A stretch of 64,000 nucleotides of DNA from the human T2T-CHM13v2.0 reference genome, Homo sapiens: assembly GCF_009914755.1 (NCBI RefSeq), contig NC_060939.1; one strand, 5' to 3'. A program made the translations under genes and the position numbers. This document shows positions 53,266 to 64,000 of this stretch, piece after piece (the stretch's first letter is position 1; every line of letters starts with the position of its first letter). A model generated the notes under the pieces. The model was not told the DNA's origin, did no database searches, and saw nothing but the letters and a program-made list of their open reading frames with translations.

Positions 53266-53389
53266 ATGTGTAGATATTTAATTGAATGATTTTCTGCTTT
53301 ATTTTGTGTGTGTTGATAGTAAACATTAAAATGCTCTTCTTATTTGGATTATGCAGACCTCTGCTACATGCCATTAATAAGAGTAATTA

Positions 53390-53728
<339 letters not shown>

Positions 53729-55659
53729 CTAAAATAATTGAACACTTAAAAACTATCTGGGTATAAACACTGTTTTACAGTGAGGCATCCTTAGGTACTT
53801 TTTAATAAGTTTTAAGATTTAAAACATTTAAACGACATTTTCTCTCCATTTTCTTTTACAGCTTTTAAATATAAACTATCAAGTTGAAGTTACTTACGTA
53901 AATTTGAATTGGGTGTTCAAACAAAATTCTAGGCAAATTGCTTAAGCAGACTTTAATATTTTATGGAGAGGCTTTAGAACAGATTTTGACAAGTTAACTA
54001 GGATTTTTACCCTTAGGAGTGAAAAATGCTATGATTTTATATAATTTCATATTTGATTCATTTACCACTATAATAGGAAAGGGTTTAGTCAGCTTTTTAG
54101 CCTTTACAAATTTTATATTTTAATTTATGCTTTCTCTTATGGAGACATTTTCTATGACTTAGAGTTTTAACTACTAATTTACATAATCTAAAATAACTCT
54201 GGCCAGGTGCTGTGTGGCTCATGCCTGTAATCCCAGCACTTTGAGAGGCCAAGGCAGGAGGATCATTTGAGGCCAGGAGTTTGAGACCAGCCTTGGCAAC
54301 AGAGTGAGACCCCATCCCTACAAAAATTCTTTAAAAAATTAGGCGGGCATAGTAGCGCACACCTGCGGTCCTAGTTAATCAGGAGGAGAGGATCACTTGA
54401 GCCCTGGAGTTTCAGGCTGCAGTGAGCTATGATTATACCCTGCTCTCCAGCCTGGGTGACAAAGCAAGATCCTGTCTCTAAACGTTAATTAATTACTTAG
54501 TTAATTAAATAAAACAAGCACAAGACTATATGAAAGTGCTAAAAAATTTCCATGTTCAGCTGAGATGAGACAGGATTAAAGTAATGTGAACTAAATACAG
54601 ATTTCTTGTCTGAACTGGTATACTTCAAAAAACACACATGGAAGTATTGAATTTTAAAATTATAAACATTTGAGCTTATTTTGTAGAGAAAAATTTGAGA
54701 CACAGTATTAGCAAATGCGATAAAGATTTGTTTGACTTTTTAAAGTAATTTGGGGTTTTATTATTAGAGGAAAAAGTATTTGGAAAGCAAATACTTGGTA
54801 ACTTTTCAAAAATACTTTAATTCAGAAAGAACAAAATACTTATGAAAGGGCAGTTGTGTCAAATGTTAGGAGGGTGAGTCAGAAGTTTATAAAATGGCCA
54901 GTTGAGTTATATCTTGATTATTTGTGGTCAGAATTAATTCAGTTTTTTAAGTATTTGTATTCTTTACTGATTTTTATCTGTTTACTCCTCTCTCTTCATA
55001 CCATAGTGGTTTTCAAACTGTAGGTTTGTATGTCCAATTATTGAGTTGGAAAATCAGTTTAGTGGGTTGAGTACCAGGATTTCTTTTTTTTTAATGGAAC
55101 AAAATAGAATAGAATATGATAAAGTACCTTGCAGGTAGTAAAGGTAAATATAAGCTTTGGGATAAAGGTTAGGCTGCTGCATTAAAGGGGCACCAAAATG
55201 CAGTGGCGTGAGGAAAATAAAAGTTTAATTCCCCCTTGCAGCATTCCTGAGGTGAGCTGTTCTGATTGGTTCCCCACAAGCCTTTAAGAGGCCAGATTCA
55301 TCCATCTTACTGCTCCTCTCTCCACAGTGGTGTCCCTGTCTGTACACCTGAAGCTCAATCACAGCCCTGCAGGTGCCCCAGCCTCCTGAAAAGAGAAAGG
55401 GTATGGAGCATGTACTCAGGGCCTTAAGGTCTCCAGACTTGCAAGTGTCACACTTCATTTCTGTCCACCTTCTGTTGGCAAAAACTTAGCTGTATGGTCA
55501 CACTTTGCGACAAGGGAGGCTGAGAAATGTAATTTGTAGCTGAGCAGGCATGTGCCTTGCTTTACTTTATTACTAAGGAAGAAGAGTCAATTTTGTGAAC
55601 AACCAGCCATCTATGCCACTGGCCACTGTGTTGCTCCATAAAACTTCTGTTTTAGAAGG

Positions 55660-55676
55660 GTGTGATGTGTGTGTGA

Positions 55677-55705
<29 letters not shown>
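55660..55705. repeat. Interrupted (TG)n microsatellite in LACTB intron 5
   Basis: Read directly. Confidence 0.9.
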
Positions 55706-55710
<5 letters not shown>

Positions 55711-56841
55711 TTCAGTCAAAAGGAGAAATATATTCCTCACTGTGGGTTGAGGTTAAAAAAAAAGTTTGAAAGCCATTCAGTGGACTATGTCAAACTAAAA
55801 TTTTATTATAATTTTTGCTAGTAATTTGTGAAAGGGGCTTTGGAAGAGAATTTTGAATGTTAATTACTGATAGGAATTTTACAGTTATATTTTATTTTCC
55901 ATTTTATTATTTGATTTGTTAGAAAGGTAGCACATTTAACAAATCAACTATTACTTTTACCTTGCATATTTCCATTAGTACATGCTTTACAAATGGTTTA
56001 ATTGTACTTTATAAAGAAATAGATGAAATGGTGGCTTTTTTTGGAAAATTTTTTAGCTTTATGTTCTTATCTACATACTAGTTTTGTTCAATCTTCTGTT
56101 GTATTTAAATTATAATTGTTCAATTATCAGCTTATTTAAAAGGATTAAATATGCATTGCAAATCAGTTTGTGGCCTAAAAGAGATTTCTTGGGGACCCAA
56201 AATAAATTAGATTAGCAACAAGCAATGAATTTTAATTTTTTAAATGGCCTGTGGTTCTCAACTACTTCAGACTCTTTGTGTTTATTATTTTTGGATCTAG
56301 CATTGTATTTTACTGGAAAGCACAAGAAAAATGATAAATACCATTGGGAGGCCAAGAGGGGTGGATTGCTTGAGCCTCGGTGTTCAAGACCAGCCTGGGC
56401 AACATGGTGAAACCCTGTCAGACAATACAAAAAAAATCAGCCGGGCATGGTGGCATGCGCCTGTAGTCCCAGCTACTTGGAGGCTGAGCGGGGAGGATCA
56501 CCTGAGCCCAGGAAGTTGATGCCGCAGTGAGCTGTGATCATGCCACTGCACTCTAACCTGATGATGGAATGAGACCCTGTCTCAAAAACAAAAGACAAAT
56601 ACCAGAAGTTGTCAGTTGAATCTAAAAAAAGATTCTCTAGTAAAGATGGCATGGATGTATGACCTTACTATGATTTAGATCTAGACATCTGAAAGTTTGA
56701 AAATGGACGTCTAGCTCTGTGTATAAGGGGGAGAAGGACGTTATGTCCACTCATTGAGCCTCTTTTCTAAGCTAGAAATTAAGTCTCTGTGAATGTGCAG
56801 ACTGCAGAGCAGCTATTATTTCCTGTTTTCTTGATGAGTAA

Positions 56842-57120
<279 letters not shown>

Positions 57121-58339
57121 TGATCTCCTGACCTCAAATGATCCTCCCTCCTCAGCCTCCCAAAGTGTTGGGATTACAGGCGTGAGCCTAGCTCATTTTA
57201 TTTTCTATTCTTTGAAAAAAGGCGATGGGTTTCTATCTCTAGTGTTAAGGGTCCCTATCAGCTCTGAGATGCTTTTGGTTTGGTTTTTTTGTTTTGTCTT
57301 GTTTTAATTTTTGGTAGTTCTCGATGGTTCTAAAGGGTAGTTGATTCATTTTAGTTAGATAAAATGGGCTGCTGAAATAAAATAGGGCACTAAAAGAGGA
57401 AATATTGTTACCTAGGAAAATGTTTTGTCTATTTGCTTTATTTATTTTATTTGATACAGTATCTATTTGGGCCTCTAAAACTCAACTCTGATTCTTTTTT
57501 GTAATAATTATTTTAAAGGAGTTTAAAGGCACCAGCTTTTTGGGGGAGTTCAGGGAGTAAAAGGAATCTCTTCAAAGATACAGGCAAAAATAAAACCTTG
57601 AAGTAAAACTTAATAAATATATATGTTTGGATTCATTTGTTTTATGGTACCATTTTGAGGGGAAAAAAATGTTTCCAGCTTCGTTATGTAGTCTACTGAC
57701 TTGTTGGGTATAACCATAAACCTGTTTGTAATATCCTGACTAAGGCTTTTTCGAGTTACTATGTTTCCAGGAGTAAATATTTCTCTTCTTTATCACTTCT
57801 CTGTGTGTTTATGCATGTGTTTAAAATAGTACCATACGGTGTCTGTCACCTGTTTAAAAGTATCTCACCAGAATCCCACCTCACAATAGCACTTAAATTC
57901 TTTTGCTCAGATTTGAGTCACAAGATCACACTTAGCTGTAAGGGAGGCAAGAGAATTGTTTTTAACTGGATATGTTGTTGTCTTGAATAAAATTGGGATT
58001 TTCTTAAATGGAACAGTGGGGACACTGTTTCTGTTTAGGCACATAACTATACTGATTCTGTGTAGCAAATATACTCTGTATAGGCAAGTACACTAAATAA
58101 CCCAGTAAGTGAACATCACAAAGGAGCTCAGTGAATGTTCTTGCCACTGAAAGACACTCAATTTGTTGATAGGGGAATCCTCAGTCAATGCCTCGGCTTA
58201 TTATTAGAACTTGGCCATATTTTTTATGTGTTTGGCACAATGTTTGCAACAAAAATTTCTAATTTTATAACTAGATGGGATGAAAACCAAATAAAATGAA
58301 TATTTTCTGGAGTGTTTGCTGCATTTTTTAATGTTTAAA

Positions 58340-58630
58340 ATTTTTAATTTCAATTTTTATGGGTACATAGCAGCTGTATATATTTATGGGGTACGTGAGA
58401 TGTTTTGATACAGGCATGCACTGCAAAACAATCACTCGTGTAAAATGAGTTATCCATCCCCTCAAGTATTTATCCTTTGTGTTACAAATGATCCAATCCT
58501 ACTCTTTTAGTTATTTTAAAATGTACAATTTTTATTGACCATAATCACCATGTTGTATTCTCAAATACTGGATCTTATTGATTATTTATGTTTCTTTTGT
58601 ACCCGTTAACCATCCCCCACCTTCTCTCAA
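58340..58630 (-). mobile_element. L1MA-type 3' end fragment
   Basis: TATATATTTATGGGGTAC...TTTTGATACAGGCATGCA...CCCTCAAGTATTTATCC. Confidence 0.65.
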
Positions 58631-60225
58631 CTTTGGCTGTATTTTGACAGTATAAATATGGCCTTTACCTTCTATTTCTAAAGTGTCTTCTAGAATTAAG
58701 AATTGTTCCATATCAAGCTCTTTTTCATGCCTTTAGCTGACAGACTCTCTACTGGTAGTTCAATTCAAATGTTAATACTAAATGTTAAAGTGGGATTGTT
58801 TTTATAACATGCATTTGAAATTATGTTGGTTTTCAAACTTCTTATAACAATAAATACCAAGTGATGAATATTGTCTCTAAAGACATTTAAGAAGCATTTT
58901 AAAAATAAGGCTGGGCGCAGTGGCTCATGCCTGTAATCACAGCACTTTGGGAGGTGGAGGCAGGTGGATCACTTGAGCCCAGGAGTTCGAGACCAACCTA
59001 AGCAACATGGCAAAACCCTCTCTCTACAAAAAATACAAAAATTAGCCAGGCAAGGTTGTGTGTGCCTGTAGTGCCAGCTACTCAGGAGGCTGAGGTGGGG
59101 GATTACCTGAGCCTGGGATCACACCACTGCACTCCAGCCTGGGTGACAGAGTGAGACCCTGTCCCCCCACCCTTGAAAAAAAGTATTTTTAGTTTCTAAG
59201 TTTGTAGATGTAGATTTCTGTGGTGATATAACATTCTTGTGCAGAATCTGGAGATTCTTATAAATAAGTATGAAGAAGCTGTTTGTCATCTGGCGTCATC
59301 CCATCAGTTAGTTACAAAAATGTCTCAGTAACCTAGTCAAGAACTTGTGTCTATATTCTTTTAAGCAGAAATGTTCTAGGAATTTGAAATGGTAAAGTTT
59401 ATCTTTCAGCTGAATAAAATTATTTTCATAAAAATGTACTAATTTGTCCTATGTGAAAAGGAACTAAGAGATTAAAATCTAGAATTTGCTTATTAAAGCT
59501 AGAATTATAAAGTCTAGAAGTCTCCATATTTTTATATTTAAAGGAGGAATGACTGAGGAGTTCTAGCTTCCAGTCTTAATGTAAGTGGTTTGAAATGCTT
59601 TACTGTTAAAAGGAAGTTACAGAGCTGGGCGCAGTGGCTTACACCTGTAATCCTAGCACTTTGGGAAACCAAGGCTGGCAGATTACATGAGGTCAGGAGT
59701 TTCTGACCAGCCTGGCCAACATAGGGAAACCCCGTTTCTACTAAAAATACTATATATATATATTAGCTGTGCGTGGTGGTGGGCGCCTGTAATCCCAGCT
59801 ACTCAGGAGGCTGAGGGAGAATCACTTGAATCCGGGAGGCGGAGATCACAGTGTGCCGAGATCGTGCCACTGCACTCCAGCCTAGGTGAAAGAGCAAGAC
59901 TCTGTTTCAAAAAAAAAAAAAAAAAAAAATCGGCCAGGAACAGTGGCTCACGCCTATAATCCCAGCACTTTGGGAGGCCGAGGCAGGCAGATCACCTGAG
60001 TTCGGGAGTTCAAAACCAGCCTGGCCAACATGATGAAGCCCCGTCTCTACTAAAAATACAAAAAAAAAAAAAAAAAAATTAGCTGGGCATAGTGGTGCAT
60101 GCCTGTAATCCCAGCTACTGGGGAGGCTGAGGCAGGAGAATCAGTTGAACCCAGGAACAGTGAGCTGAGATTGTGCTGCTGCACTCCAGCCTGGGCACCA
60201 GAGCAAGACTCAGTGTCAAAAATCA

Positions 60226-60581
<356 letters not shown>

Positions 60582-62134
60582 CTACTGGGGAGGCTGAGGC
60601 AGGAGAACCAAACTGCAGCCTGGTCAACAGAGCAAGACTCTGTCTCAAAAAAAAGAAGTTACAGAAAGCTGATTATTGGCTGGGCACAGTGGCTCATGCC
60701 TGTAATCCCAGCACTTGGGAGGCAGAGGCGAGTGGATTGCTTGAGGCCAGGAGTTCGAGACCAGGCTGGACAACAGTGAGACCTTCATCTCTACCAAAAA
60801 AAAAAAAAAATCTTAGCCAGGTATGGTGGTACACACCTGTGGTCCCAGCTGCTCAAGAGGCTGAGGCAGGAAGATTGCTTGAGCCCTGGAGGTTGAGGCT
60901 ACAGTTAGCCATGATTGTACCGCTGCAGTCCAGCCTAGGCAATAGTGCAAGACTCTGTCTCAAAAGAAAAGTAGAAATTTATTTCTCAATGAAAAAATGT
61001 GTTTCTATTATGTAACTTTTAGATTTAATTTTATTTGGTTGGCTGGAATTACAAATATAATCAGGAGTTGACACAAAGTAATGAGGGCCTAAAATTTGAG
61101 AGTTGTCATAGGAATAGAAGGAAGGGAGAAGGGTAAGACACAAAGCAGAGATTGAATAAATAGGATTTAGCATCTTACTGGATGTGAGAGTTTAGGGCAA
61201 GAAAGTCATTAAAAGTTGTATAATGAAGGTTTTAATGGAGAGAAACATGACAGACATGTTGATTTTGAGACAATGAGAAAACCACCTCTTTTTTAAAATC
61301 TTCAGACACATACCTGTGGCCACTCATTTCCTAACTGCCAACCCTACTTCACTCAATATTATGACTTGTACTTTTAGGGGACGTATAAGAATCTTGAAAA
61401 AAGAAGAAAGGATTCAAACTAGGGTTTGCTAACTCCAGCCTTTCCCACTGCACCAAGAAACTACCATGTCACATCATTATATATGATATGTATATGGTAT
61501 TTTGTTTAGAATTTTTTTTTAGATAGGGTCTTGCTTTGCTGCCCAGGCTGGACTCAAACTCCTGGGCTCAAGTGATCCTCCTGCCTTAGCCTCCTGAGTT
61601 GCTGGGATTACAGGCACCAGCTGCTGCACCCAGCTTATATGGTATTTTTATCCAAGAAATCTAGTCATCTTACAAATAACCTTATTCCTAAACATCCCAA
61701 AGTGCTTTGGATGTTTACAGTTTTGGTTATAAAATTCATTTGTGGCACGATGCAACATTAACCCCAAGGACAAGGAATATCTACCAAATGATAACTTTCT
61801 CCATATGCACAGGGCAAATATGTCATGTGTAATATTAACCAATACATTTTTGCAGGTATTAAAGGTTTGATACACTCAGCATGGACAAGCCATACCAATA
61901 GAAAAAAACCACTTTCTATGCTTTAATTCAAAAGGTAATTAGACTATCTTACTTAGTTATCTGTGTGTCATTAGGACCTGAATCATACTGAAAATTAGTG
62001 GTTAGTTTATAGTTTCTGAGAATGTATGATCATTACATTGAAATACAATCTCTCTCATGTATACATTTTTCTATCATCATGTGTGAAGCCAGTGACTATG
62101 AAATTTTTCATGATCATTTCTTATTTCCTTTTAG

Positions 62135-62660
62135 ATTTTATGTTTACAATAAAAAGAAACGTCTTGTCAACACACCTTACGTGGATAACTCCTATAAATG
62201 GGCTGGTGGTGGATTTCTGTCTACAGTGGGTGACCTTCTGAAATTTGGGAATGCAATGCTTTATGGTTACCAAGTTGGGCTGTTTAAGAACTCAAATGAA
62301 AATCTTTTACCTGGATACCTCAAACCAGAAACAATGGTTATGATGTGGACCCCAGTCCCTAACACAGAGATGTCTTGGGATAAAGAGGGTAAATATGCAA
62401 TGGCGTGGGGTGTTGTGGAAAAGAAACAAACGTATGGTTCGTGTAGAAAGCAACGGCATTATGCTTCACATACTGGAGGGGCAGTGGGTGCCAGTAGTGT
62501 CCTGCTGGTCCTTCCTGAAGAACTGGATACAGAGACTATAAATAACAAGGTTCCCCCAAGAGGAATCATTGTTTCTATCATATGTAACATGCAATCTGTT
62601 GGCCTCAATAGCACCGCTTTGAAGATTGCCCTTGAATTTGATAAAGACAGATCAGACTGA
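62135..62660 (+). CDS. LACTB: LACTB terminal coding exon 6 containing the H485-T-G motif (62469-62477), stop TGA 62658-62660
   Basis: Acceptor ttatttccttttag|; 526 nt; exon lengths 357+67+191+337+166+526 = 1644 nt = 547 aa + stop. Confidence 0.97.
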
Positions 62661-62900
62661 TAACCTTAACACCATAGGTGCAAAATGAGTTGTTCTGAGG
62701 TTTTTTTGAAACATTAAAGTTCCAAAACATGACATTTTTAAGAATAAATTTGAAATAGAGTATAATTGAATGCAGAGAATTATGTACCTCTAATTGCTTA
62801 ATTTTGTAATGGTCTTTTATTGTAGAATTGGTTCTTTATACTCAGGGAAGTAATTATATTGTTTTTACTTTTTGAAAAAAGTGTTAACTCTTGAAATAAA
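62661..62900 (+). terminator. LACTB: LACTB 3' UTR with polyadenylation signals (ATTAAA 62713-62718, AATAAA 62743-62748, AATAAA 62895-62900)
   Basis: Hexamers read directly downstream of the stop codon, followed by U/GU-rich sequence. Confidence 0.75.
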
Positions 62901-62936
62901 ATATTCTGATAAAATATGTACTTTCTGCATGTGTAA

Positions 62937-63170
<234 letters not shown>

Positions 63171-63419
63171 TGAATTTTTAATAGAGACAGCATTTCGCCA
63201 TGTTGGCCAGGCTGGTCTCGAACTCTTGATCTCAGGTGATCCATCCGCCTCAGCCTGCCAAAGTGCTGGGGATTACAGGCGTGAGACACTGTGCCCAGCC
63301 CAAATATCCTTTTAATATGAGAGCAGAAACAAAAGCATGAGAAATGGTATATTAGTTATCCACTACAGCTTAAAAGAAACGTTCAGAGAAGGAATCGGGA
63401 AATCAGGAGCAATATAGTC

Positions 63420-64000
63420 GCGTGGGTCTGGCGCGGTCTCTAATGAGGTTGCAGACAAGGTGTTATGATCATCTGAAGAATTCTCCAGGGCTGGAGGAAA
63501 TGCTTCCACATGGCTTACTTGCATGACTGCTGGCAAGAGTCAGTTCTCTGGCTGGTGGGTGGCAAGGGGACTCAGTTTGTCACCACATGGACCTCTCTGT
63601 AGGGCTGCTTGAGTATCTTATGGTAGTTGGCTTCCCGCAGAGTAAGTGATGAGACAGAGAGTGCCAGGCAGAAGTCACTCTTTTATAAACTAGCCTCAAG
63701 TCACATACCATCACATTTGCCAAATTCCATGGGTTACATGGGGCCTAATAAATGTTGAAGAGATTATATACATTGTGAATATTAGGAGGCAGGAATCACT
63801 GGGTGTCAACTTGGAAGTTGGGTACCACAGTCTGACCTCTGGTCCCCAATGATTTATGTCCTTCCCAATGCAAAATACTCTTACCTCCTTTCAAATCCTC
63901 CAGAAGTTTCACCTTAATATAGCATCAGCTCAAAGCCCAGTATCTTATCATCTAAATCAGGTCAGGTGCAAGTGTGAATGAGGGCTCCTTGGGATGAGTT
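63420..64000 (-). mobile_element. Old MLT1-type LTR and adjacent MaLR internal remnant downstream of LACTB
   Basis: GGGCTGCTTGAGTATCTTA...GCCTCAAGTCACATACCATCAC pattern; diverged. Confidence 0.5.

Noticed and set aside
62022-62134. ATG-initiated upstream extension of the last-exon ORF (212 aa)
   Set aside because: Intronic open frame upstream of the acceptor at 62134; no promoter evidence for an internal start

Overview
Human-type (primate) genomic DNA containing the complete six-exon LACTB gene (mitochondrial serine beta-lactamase-like protein) on the + strand. The ATG is at 42732 and the stop at 62658-62660; the spliced CDS is 1644 nt = 547 aa, all introns are GT-AG, and the SXXK, YST and HTG motifs are intact. 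From knowledge of LACTB this is 15q22.2. The first ~42 kb is intergenic and repeat-dense. It holds a 968-bp LTR5_Hs (HERV-K HML-2) solo LTR with a perfect 6-bp TSD, probably the insertionally polymorphic non-reference 15q22.2 element. It also holds a full-length SVA and a 5'-truncated L1PA2 nested in an old Charlie1 DNA transposon, an LTR12 solo LTR, MER34- and LTR26-family LTRs (the latter interrupted by MER1B), and dozens of Alus. An LTR13 lies antisense in LACTB intron 2. Almost all ORFs in the supplied track are Alu/LTR/SVA/L1 or GC-rich artefacts. I see no convincing wholly new biological system. The most interesting leads are the young HERV-K LTR (with an altered OCT4 motif), four apparent LACTB amino-acid differences from the reference protein as I recall it, and latent splice sites in the 303-nt intron 3 that could give a 48-aa hydrophobic in-frame insert or a poison (NMD) isoform. 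Repeat subfamily names come from recalled consensus sequences and need RepeatMasker/Dfam confirmation; Alu and old-repeat boundaries are approximate.
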